DNA of 64,000 nucleotides from Gemmatimonadales bacterium (GTDB lineage Bacteria; Gemmatimonadota; Gemmatimonadetes; Gemmatimonadales; GWC2-71-9): NCBI GenBank assembly GCA_036004525.1, contig DASYRJ010000033.1, positions 6,266 through 70,265 of the forward strand. Reading direction: 5' to 3'. Positions 7,792-17,602 of the stretch are shown here, piece by piece; within the stretch, counting starts at the first letter, position 1; each line of letters starts with the position of its first letter. A model generated the notes under the pieces. That model was not told the origin of the DNA. It searched no databases and saw nothing but the letters and a program-made list of their open reading frames with translations. The translations under genes were made by a program, and so were the position numbers.

Positions 7792-10106
7792 ATGTCCCGC
7801 GCGCTCCGCATCGTCCTCGCCGTGCTCGCCGGCGCCGCCGTCCCGCTGGCCGGCCAGTCCCCTGCCGATCGAGCGGCGCTCGGGGCGCTGCGCGACTCGC
7901 TCGCGGGCGTGCAGGACAGCGTCGCGCTGAAGCAGCTCGAGGCCTCGACCATCGTCGTCGCGAGGCAGCGCCGCGACGATCCCCTCATCCACCTGCGCCT
8001 CGGTTTCATCGCCTACCGGCTCGGCGAGCTGACCACCACCAAATCCCACTACGACGACGGCGCGGGGGAATTCGAGTGGGCGACCGAGCTGCGGCCCGAT
8101 TGGCCCTACCCCTGGTACGGGTTGGGATTAGCGGAGCTGGCGATCGGCGAGCACTCGGTGCTCGCGATCGAGAACCTCCGTCAGATGCTCGGCAAGGATT
8201 ACCTCTCGAAGGCGGCGAAGGCGTTTGCGCGCGCGACGGAGGCCGACCCGGCCTTCGCCTCCGCGGTGGTCGACCTCGCGAACACCGCGCTCACCCAGCG
8301 CATCCGCCCCCGGCTCGACGTCGCGCTCGGCGCCGTGCGCCTTGCCGCGGCGTCGCCGGCGGGACGGCACGCCGAGGTACAGCTGGTGCGCGGGCGGGTG
8401 GAGCGCGAGGCGGGCGAGGCCGACTCCGCGCTCGCGGGGTTCACCACCTACCTCGGAGTCGGCGGCGACTCGGGGGTGGGTCTGCTCGAGCTGGCGCGCA
8501 CGTACTACTTTGCCCGCCGCCCGGGGGACGGCTGGCGCGCGTACTTCGCCGGCGCGCGCACCGCCACCTCGGCGCCCGCGCTCACCCTGTACCGCACCGA
8601 CCTCTCCTGGATCGCCGACTCCGCCGAGCTGGCGGCGTTCGACGCCCTCCCCGACCCGGCGACGCGGGTGCGCTGGCTGGAGGAGTTCTGGACGCGGCGC
8701 GACGTGGTCGAGGCACGCGACGTGGGCGAGCGCCTAGCGGAGCACTACCGCCGTTGGTTCTATGCCCGGCGCAGTTTCCGGCTCGTCAGCCGGCACCGGC
8801 ACTACGACATCACCGAGGTCTACCGCCCCAAACAGGTCGAGTTCGATGACCGGGGCGTGATTTACCTGCGCCACGGCGAGCCCGACCGGCGCGCGCGGTT
8901 CACCTGCCCCGAGATCGACCAACCCAACGGCGACGGCTGCGCGGCGAACGAGAGCTGGCTGTACCACCGCGACGCGGGAGCGGGGGGGGGGGGGAGGGGG
9001 GGGACCTGATCTTCCACTTCGCGGCGCGCGGCGACGTGCAGGACTTCAAGCTCGTCGAGAGTCTCGTGGACGTGCTGGGGTTGAGCCGCGCGGTGCGGGC
9101 GGAGGCGCTGGTGGATCCCCAGGTCTCGGAGCTGTACGCGACGCGCGACCAGTTCGGCTCATTGTACGGGCGCGTGGGCCACAGCCCGCGCCCTCCCGCC
9201 GGTCAGCTGGCGCGCGACCGCGCCCTGGGCCGCCGCAGCATCGCCCTCGGTACGACGAGCGACAGCTATGCGCAGCGGTTCGAGCAGTCGCTGGACGTCG
9301 TGGCGAGCGAATTCGTGGTCGGCGGGAAGGGGGCCGAGGGCGGCCAGACGCTCCACGTCGTCTTCGCCATCCCGGGCGACCGGCTCGCGGGCGAGCCCGC
9401 CGCCGACGGCCTGCGCTATTACCCGCTCCGCTTCCGGCTCCTGGTGTCCGACACCGCCGACCACGTGATCGCGCGGCTCGACACGCTGCGCGTGTTCGCC
9501 GCGCGGCAGGCGGTGCGCGGAGGCGCGTATCTCGTCGGACGGCTCGCGCTGCCGGTGCCGCCGGGCACCTACCGCTACCGCCTCTTGGTCGTGACCCCCG
9601 ACGGCACCGCGGGCGACCTGGTGCGGTACGACTCGCTCGCGGTCGACGCGCTGGGCGGCGCGGGGGGCGCAGGGGGAGGGGGGGGGGCGCGATTCGCGGT
9701 GAGCGACGTGGTCGTGGGACGGGAGGGCTCGGGGCTGGTGTGGGCGCCTCCCGGCGACACGGTGCGCCTCAATCCGCTGAACCGGTTCCCCGAGGGGAGC
9801 GCCGCCGAGTTGTATTACGAGATCTACGGGCTGACGCGCGGCGCCCCGTATCACACCGTCGTGCGGCTCGAGCGCGAGGGCGGCCGCTCGGTGTTCGGCG
9901 CGATCGGCCGCCTGTTCGGCGGCGGCCGCGCGCCCGTCCTGCTCGAGTTCGACGCCGCCGCCGACGGGCCCGTCACGCGCGTGCACCGCGCGGTGGAGCT
10001 GCGCGACGTGACGAAAGGCACGTACCGTCTCACGGTGGTCATCACCGATCCCGCGAGCGGCGCCGGCGTCACGCGCGCGCGCCGTTTTCAAGTCGTGGCG
10101 CGTTAG
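7792..10106 (+). pseudogene. Secreted TPR-like / GWxTD-family protein interrupted by a frameshift in a G13 homopolymer (two ORFs: 7792-9009 and ~9006-10106)
   Basis: Signal peptide MSRALRIVLAVLAGAAVPLAG. GWxTD-type block: FWTRRD..EHYRRWFYARRSF..FDDRGVIYLRHGEPD..ESWLYH. The sequence continues in the adjacent frame directly after the G tract (DLIFHFAARGDVQDFKLV...). Confidence 0.55.
8982..9003 (+). repeat. Homopolymeric tract G13-A-G8 at the frameshift point
   Basis: Direct count: G 8982-8994, A 8995, G 8996-9003. A single-G change in tract length would restore one ~770-codon frame. Confidence 0.9.
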
Positions 10107-10110
10107 TCGG

Positions 10111-10140
10111 TTGACACCCGCTCCGACGCGGGCCTAAGTT
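10111..10140 (+). promoter_or_regulatory. Candidate sigma70-type promoter for the second kinase gene
   Basis: TTGACA (10111-10116), an 18-nt spacer, then TAAGTT (10135-10140). GGAG and the TTG start at 10165 follow. Confidence 0.35.
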
Positions 10141-10164
10141 TGACCGGCTCCCTCGGAGACGGGC

Positions 10165-12024
<1,860 letters not shown>

Positions 12025-12687
12025 GCCGCAGCATTCACCCCACCGCATTCATCGCCCCGACCGCCGTCGTGCTGGGGGACGTGACGCTCGGGCCCCGGGC
12101 GAGCGTGTGGTACCAGGCGGTGCTGCGGGGCGACATGGCGCCGATCGTGATCGGCGAGGCGACCAATATTCAGGACGGCACGATCGTGCACGTGGACGAG
12201 GACACACCCGCCCTCATCGGCGCGCGCGTGGGCGTCGGGCACCGCGTCATCCTCCACGGCTGCACCGTCGAGGACGACTGCCTCATCGGGATGGGCAGCG
12301 TGCTGCTGAACGGGGCGCACATCGGCACGGGCAGCGTGGTCGGAGCGGGGGCGGTGCTGCCGGAAGGGCTTCGAGTCCCGCCGGGGTCGCTCGTGCTGGG
12401 CGTGCCCGGGCGCGTGGTGCGGGCGGTGGACGACGCGCTGCGGGCGCGGATTCGGGGGACCTGGGAGCACTACGTCGCGGAGGCCGAGCGGCATCGCGCC
12501 GGGACGTTCCCGCTCGAGCGACCAACTTTGTGATGTGAATAGTCAAGGGCCCTCGCGCGGGCGCGACTTGCTGCGAGACTTGCCCGGTCTCACTCGCGCG
12601 CATACCTTGACCTCTCGCGTTCCGTTAACTTCATCCATTGCACCTGTCAGTAGTGAGATCGCTCTCACCGCAGAGGGACGAGCCAGC

Positions 12688-15162
12688 ATGACCACTGCCA
12701 CGCCCAAAGGCAAGCTCGATCTGAGCGCCAACGCCCTCACCGTTCTGGAGCGCCGGTACCTCGTGAAGGACGATCGCGGGGCGCCGGCGGAGTCGCCCGA
12801 GGATCTGTTCTGGCGGGTGGCTCGGACCGTCGCGGCCCCCGACCGGACGTACGGCGCCTCCGACCGCGCGACGCAAGGCCTCGCCGAGGCGTTTTTCGAG
12901 CTGATGGCCACCCGGGTGTGGATGCCGAACTCCCCGACCCTGATGAACGCCGGCCGGCCGCTCGGCCAGCTGTCGGCCTGCTTCGTGCTCCCGGTCGAGG
13001 ACGCGCTCTCCAACGGCCGCTCGGGCATCTACGACACGCTCCGCGCCATGGCCCTGGTGCACCAGTCGGGGGGCGGGACCGGGTTCTCCTTCTCCCGCCT
13101 GCGGCCCAAGAACGACGTCGTCCGCTCGACCATGGGAGTCGCCTCGGGCCCCGTGTCGTTCATGAAGCTGTACGACGCGTCGACCGACGTCGTGAAGCAG
13201 GGCGGCACCCGCCGCGGCGCCAACATGGGCATCCTGCGCGTGGACCACCCCGACGTGCTGGAGTTCATCACCTGCAAGGACGACCTCACGCAGGTCACGA
13301 ACTTCAACATCTCCGTGGCCGTGACCGATGCCTTCATGGCCGCCCTCGAAGCGGGCACGGCGTATGATCTTATCCACCCGCGCACCGGCAAGGTCGTGGG
13401 GCAGCTCGACGCGCGGGAGGTGTTCCGCAAGATCGTGCACGGCGCGTGGAAGACGGGCGAGCCGGGCGTGTTCTTCATCGACCGGGCGAACCACTACAAC
13501 CCGGTGCCGCACCTTGGCAGCTACGAGGCCACCAACCCGTGCGGCGAGCAGCCGCTGCTCCCCAACGACGTCTGCAACCTCGGCTCCATCAACGTCGGCC
13601 TGTTCGTGCGGGACGGCGGGGTGGACTGGGAGCGCCTACGCACCGCGGTCCACCTGTGCACGCACTTCCTCGACAACGTCATCGACGCCAACAAGTACCC
13701 GCTCGAGGAGATCGACCTCCTCGCCAAGCGGATCCGGCGCATCGGCCTGGGGATCATGGGCTGGGCGGATCTGCTGGTGCGCCTCGGCATCCCCTACAAC
13801 TCCGAGGAGGGGGTCGTGCTGGGCCGGCGCCTGATGGCGTTCATCGACGAGGAGGCCAAGGTGGCGTCGGAGCGCCTGGCGGAGCAGCGTGGCGTGTTCG
13901 CCGAGTGGGAGGGCTCGATCTGGGGGCCCGACGCGACCTGCGCGCGGGACGCCCGCGGGGAGCGCGTCCGCCCGATGCGCCGGCTGCGCAACTGCAACCT
14001 GACGACGGTGGCGCCTACCGGCACGATTTCCATCATCGCCGGCTGCTCCTCCGGGATCGAGCCCCTGTTCGCGGTGGCCTTCATGCGCAACCAGGCCGGC
14101 GTCCTGATGCCGGACGTGAACGAGGAGTTCGTCGCGATCGCCCGGCGCGAGGGATGGTACTCCGAGGCGCTGATGCAGCAGATCGCCGAAGCGGGCCACA
14201 TCCACTTCGACGCGGTCCCGGCGCCATGGCAGCGCGTCTTCGTTACCGCGCACGACGTGACGCCCGAATGGCACATCCGGATGCAGGCCGCGTTCCAGGA
14301 GTTCACCGACTCGGCCATCTCCAAGACCTGCAATTTCCCGAACGCCGCCACCGAGGACGACGTCGAGCAGATCTACCGCCTGGCCTTCCGCCTCGGCTGC
14401 AAGGGCGTGACGGTGTACCGGGACGGCGCGCGCGAGAACCAGGTGCTCTCGACCGGGACGACCGCGAAGAAGGTGCAGGGGCAGGGAGCGGGGCAGGGGC
14501 AGGACCTGCTCGCCGAGGCGCTGGGACGCATCGCGGAGCTCGAAACCGAGCTGGCGCGGACCCGGGCCCAGCTGCATGACGTCGAGGCCGAGAACCTCCA
14601 GCGGCGCGCCAAACGGTCGCGCCCCGACCTCCTCAAGGGCTCCACGCGCCGGGTCGAGACGCCGCTCGGCACCATGTACGTCACCATCACCGAAGACGAC
14701 AAGGGCCAGCCGTTCGAGGTCTTCATCTCCCTCGGCAAGGCAGGCGGCGCGCTCATGGCCGACGTGGAGGCCGTGGGCCGGCTCATCTCCCTCGCGCTAC
14801 GCTCGGGGATCCCCCTCAAGGAGATCTACCGCCAGCTGCGCGGCATCTCGTCGGACCGCGCCGTGGGCCTGGGTCCGAACAAGGTCCTCTCGGTCCCCGA
14901 CGCCATCGGCATCGCGTTCGAAAAGTGGATGCAGGACAAGCAGGGAGTGCAGCAGGACCTGCTCGGTGTGGCGCCGCGGGAGGTGGTCGATGGGGGGGGG
15001 GGCGGGGGCGGGGGCGGGGGCGGGGGCGCCGAAGCGGGCCTGCGCGTGGGCCGCGGTCCCGAGCAGGACTTCATGGGGGCCTGCCCCGACTGCGGCTCCC
15101 AGCTGGCGTTCATCGAGGGGTGCGCCAAGTGCCACGTGTGCGGGTTCTCCGAGTGTGGGTGA
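12688..15162 (+). CDS. nrdJ: Class II (adenosylcobalamin-dependent) ribonucleotide reductase
   Basis: LTVLERRYL, MPNSPTLMNAG, SACFVLPV, GGGTGFSFSRLRP, NPCGEQPL, poly-Gly linker, and a C-terminal CPDCG..CAKCHVCG zinc tail. ATG 12688 has GAGGGA 11 nt upstream. Confidence 0.9.
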   Translation: MTTATPKGKLDLSANALTVLERRYLVKDDRGAPAESPEDLFWRVARTVAAPDRTYGASDRATQGLAEAFFELMATRVWMPNSPTLMNAGRPLGQLSACFVLPVEDALSNGRSGIYDTLRAMALVHQSGGGTGFSFSRLRPKNDVVRSTMGVASGPVSFMKLYDASTDVVKQGGTRRGANMGILRVDHPDVLEFITCKDDLTQVTNFNISVAVTDAFMAALEAGTAYDLIHPRTGKVVGQLDAREVFRKIVHGAWKTGEPGVFFIDRANHYNPVPHLGSYEATNPCGEQPLLPNDVCNLGSINVGLFVRDGGVDWERLRTAVHLCTHFLDNVIDANKYPLEEIDLLAKRIRRIGLGIMGWADLLVRLGIPYNSEEGVVLGRRLMAFIDEEAKVASERLAEQRGVFAEWEGSIWGPDATCARDARGERVRPMRRLRNCNLTTVAPTGTISIIAGCSSGIEPLFAVAFMRNQAGVLMPDVNEEFVAIARREGWYSEALMQQIAEAGHIHFDAVPAPWQRVFVTAHDVTPEWHIRMQAAFQEFTDSAISKTCNFPNAATEDDVEQIYRLAFRLGCKGVTVYRDGARENQVLSTGTTAKKVQGQGAGQGQDLLAEALGRIAELETELARTRAQLHDVEAENLQRRAKRSRPDLLKGSTRRVETPLGTMYVTITEDDKGQPFEVFISLGKAGGALMADVEAVGRLISLALRSGIPLKEIYRQLRGISSDRAVGLGPNKVLSVPDAIGIAFEKWMQDKQGVQQDLLGVAPREVVDGGGGGGGGGGGGAEAGLRVGRGPEQDFMGACPDCGSQLAFIEGCAKCHVCGFSECG
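14992..15027 (+). repeat. G11-C-(GGGGGC)4 microsatellite encoding the poly-Gly linker of NrdJ
   Basis: Direct reading. Translated as GGGGGGGGGGGG. Confidence 0.9.
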
Positions 15163-15228
15163 GGCGACCGGCGCCCGTGTGACAGTTGTCACGCCACCCC
15201 CCGAGCGGCGAGCTTAGTGTAGAGACCT

Positions 15229-15612
15229 ATGGATCCTCGCCCGATCACTCCCACGCGCCTGCAGGTGAAGGGATGGGCCCGCGTCGGCCCGGCGGGCGCG
15301 CACACGTTGCGCCGCGGGGCGTGGTATCCCGTCGTGCGAATCTCCTCGAGCAACATCGTGGTGCTCGACGTCAACCGGCACAACATCCCCGTCGACCGCC
15401 GCTTCCTCGAGATCCGCTATCATCCCCCGGAGCGCTGGACCATCGTCAAGTGCGAGCCGCGGGTGTTCGAGAAACTGGGCCGCACGTTCCCGCTGACGTA
15501 TGCCGTCTGCCCGAGCTGCCGGCACCGCCAGGGCTTCGAAGCCCGCATCGACCAGATGACGTGCGACAAATGCCACAAAGAGGCGGGGCTCGCGTGGGAC
15601 GAGCTGTCATAG
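15229..15612 (+). CDS. Small Zn-ribbon protein of unknown function (paralog 1)
   Basis: 127 aa. Shares LRRGAWYP, PPERW, TYAVCPSC..x..CDKC with the ORF at 16384-16746. Confidence 0.6.
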   Translation: MDPRPITPTRLQVKGWARVGPAGAHTLRRGAWYPVVRISSSNIVVLDVNRHNIPVDRRFLEIRYHPPERWTIVKCEPRVFEKLGRTFPLTYAVCPSCRHRQGFEARIDQMTCDKCHKEAGLAWDELS

Positions 15613-15665
15613 ACCAACCGCGGACCGGCAAAAGCTAGACGCGCAGACGCACCGCGGAAAACAGG

Positions 15666-15703
15666 AAGCCGGGATCAGGAGATGCTTGTCCTGATCCCGG
15701 CTT
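15666..15703. terminator. Bidirectional intrinsic terminator between convergent genes
   Basis: Perfect 15-bp stem AAGCCGGGATCAGGA / TCCTGATCCCGGCTT with an 8-nt loop. TTTT runs lie on the 3' side in both orientations. Confidence 0.7.
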
Positions 15704-15757
15704 TTGACTGTTCACCGCGATGCGTCTGTGCGTCTAGTCGTTGCATTGCCGCGCCGT

Positions 15758-16345
15758 TCAGAGCAGCACGACTTGATCTCCCACTTCGACCGTCCCCGCC
15801 CCCTCACCCACGCAGTAGAATCCCCGCATTCCCCCATCGAGAAACTGCAGGTGTGACTTGAGGACGTCCGCCTCCACCCGGCCGCCCAGCGCCCAGCCGG
15901 TGAACGGGCGGCACGGGTGGGCGACCTGGAGCACGCGCAAACGCACCCGTTCTCCGTTCTCCCTCCCGTCGGTGGCGACGACGGCGACGCCGCCGGCGAG
16001 GTCCTCGTAGGTGAAGGAGCGGTCGGTGGCGACGATGATGTTTTCTCCCGCGCACCCCAGCACGATCCGGTCGCCGAAGTGGTCCCGCATCGCGGCGTAA
16101 TGGGACGTGAACCCGACCGATACGCCGTGCAGGCCGTCCTCGTTCTTGGTCTGGGGATGGGCCCGATGATGGACGTCCACCAGCCACCCGCCATCGGGCC
16201 CCGCGCCCAACACGCCGTCCGGTGTCACGGCAAGGTGCGAGACGGTGAGGAGGGGACCGGGGTCGTAGACGCGGTCCGGCTTGTCCCCGGTCTTGAGCGA
16301 GGAGCGCTGGATCTGCAGCCGAGCGATCGTTCCGATCGTGCGCAT
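15758..16345 (-). CDS. MOSC (beta-barrel) domain protein
   Basis: 195 aa with a MOSC-like layout and a conserved Cys context (VLQVAHPCRPF). Confidence 0.65.
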   Translation of the reverse strand: MRTIGTIARLQIQRSSLKTGDKPDRVYDPGPLLTVSHLAVTPDGVLGAGPDGGWLVDVHHRAHPQTKNEDGLHGVSVGFTSHYAAMRDHFGDRIVLGCAGENIIVATDRSFTYEDLAGGVAVVATDGRENGERVRLRVLQVAHPCRPFTGWALGGRVEADVLKSHLQFLDGGMRGFYCVGEGAGTVEVGDQVVLL

Positions 16346-16383
16346 AACGGAATTTAAGCGTTTGTGCTACATTGGGCCCCCTC

Positions 16384-16746
16384 ATGAACCGTCCGCTGCG
16401 CTGGGCCCGGTGCCTCGACAATGTGGCGGACGTCCTCCGCCGCGGCGCCTGGTATCCCATCCTGGAGGAAACGCCGGACGGCAAAGTCGTGCTCGAGGTG
16501 CGCCACCGGCCCGTCCGGCTGAGCCGTGTGGACGTGCAGATTCGCGAGACCCCACCCGACCGCTGGAGCGTCGTCACCCGCACGGGCGTCCTCCGTCCCA
16601 CCCTCGGGGGAGGGCAGGACGTGATCACCACGTACGCCGTCTGTCCCGCCTGCTACGAGCGCCAGGATTACGAAGGGAAGCCCCTCACCCTCAAGTGCAC
16701 GCGCTGCGGCCGGGTGTCGGAAGTCGACTGGTCGCAGACCTGCTGA
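16384..16746 (+). CDS. Small Zn-ribbon protein of unknown function (paralog 2)
   Basis: Contains LRRGAWYP, PPDRW, TYAVCPAC..x..CTRC. ATG 16384 was chosen by alignment with paralog 1; the track uses TTG 16372. Confidence 0.6.
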   Translation: MNRPLRWARCLDNVADVLRRGAWYPILEETPDGKVVLEVRHRPVRLSRVDVQIRETPPDRWSVVTRTGVLRPTLGGGQDVITTYAVCPACYERQDYEGKPLTLKCTRCGRVSEVDWSQTC

Positions 16747-16748
16747 CG

Positions 16749-16773
16749 CGGCCCTTGCCACGAGGGCCGTTTG
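16749..16773 (+). terminator. Intrinsic terminator after paralog 2
   Basis: CGGCCCT-tgccacg-AGGGCCG hairpin followed by TTTG. Confidence 0.45.
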
Positions 16774-16810
16774 ATATTAGTATGTTAACTATCAACATGT
16801 TAACATTCAC
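16771..16810. promoter_or_regulatory. AT-rich promoter/operator region with overlapping palindromes upstream of the MarR gene
   Basis: TTGATATTAGTATGTTAACTATCAACATGTTAACATTC. It contains ATGTTAAC twice and the palindromes ATGTTAACAT and AACATGTT. This is the lowest-GC stretch of the neighbourhood. Confidence 0.45.
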
Positions 16811-16838
16811 CCCGACGCCGGCCGAGGCCTGATTCCCG

Positions 16839-17300
16839 ATGGCCGATCGCGCCGAGCTATCGCTCCAGCTCACCGAGGCCGTCGCCGCTGCCCACCAGGC
16901 GATCCAACGGGCTGGGGACCGCGCGTTTCGCGCGTTCGGGCTGTCGCACCGGGCGCACGCGGTCGTGGCGGCGGTGGACCAGGGCGGCCCTGATGGGGCC
17001 CGTCCCAGCGACATCGCCCGCCAGTTGAGCGTGTCGCGCGCCGCGGCCACCACGTTCATCCAGCGCCTCGAGGCCAAGGGCCTGGTCGAGACGACGACCG
17101 ACCCCGAAGACGACCGCGGAGTGCGCGTGACCCTCACACGCCACGGCCTGGAGGTGTTGCTGCGCGTCGGGCAACTCGAGCGGCGCCTGGCGGCCCGCAC
17201 GATCGAAGGGATCCCGGCTTCGGCGATGGCGCGCACCATCCATGTGCTGCAGGAATTCCGGCAGCGGCTCGACCAGAAACAGCTCGAGGTGGTGCGCTGA
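16839..17300 (+). CDS. MarR family transcriptional regulator
   Basis: 153 aa with a winged-helix region (PSDIARQLSVSRAATTFIQRLEAKGLVETTTDPEDDRGVRVTLT). Confidence 0.85.
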   Translation: MADRAELSLQLTEAVAAAHQAIQRAGDRAFRAFGLSHRAHAVVAAVDQGGPDGARPSDIARQLSVSRAAATTFIQRLEAKGLVETTTDPEDDRGVRVTLTRHGLEVLLRVGQLERRLAARTIEGIPASAMARTIHVLQEFRQRLDQKQLEVVR

Positions 17301-17495
17301 GCCGCGCGTACCCGCGTATACGGATGTGCGAATCTTTATGCACCGTCGCCGACCGCCGGCGGCAAGCGGCCGGCATCTCACACGTGGCTTGAAGTGCACG
17401 CCATATCCGGCCCGGGAGCAACGCGTTAGCCTCGCGCGAGTGCCGCCGATTTGAGTGCCGCGCGCCGCCGTTTCCCACACGGTGCGGCAGACCAC

Positions 17496-17533
17496 TTTTC
17501 CACATCTCCCGGGCGCCAGGGAATTGTGGAAAA
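17496..17533. promoter_or_regulatory. Inverted repeat TTTTCCACA-N20-TGTGGAAAA in the long pyk 5' region
   Basis: Perfect 9-bp arms with an inner TCCC/GGGA pairing. A related direct copy TTTCCCACA sits at 17471. Confidence 0.3.
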
Positions 17534-17602
17534 CTCCCCTTGCGACACCCAAGAAGGGTGGCGGAGCTATCTTCTGCGACTCCGAGCCATGAGACCCAGC
17601 GC

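Noticed and set aside
12534-12687. Possible cobalamin riboswitch or NrdR boxes in the nrdJ leader
   Set aside because: I could not find a B12-box-like core, or two AT-rich 16-bp NrdR palindromes spaced about 31 bp apart. There is a TTGACC hexamer at 12607, but no convincing -10 lies at proper spacing. The region is left unannotated.
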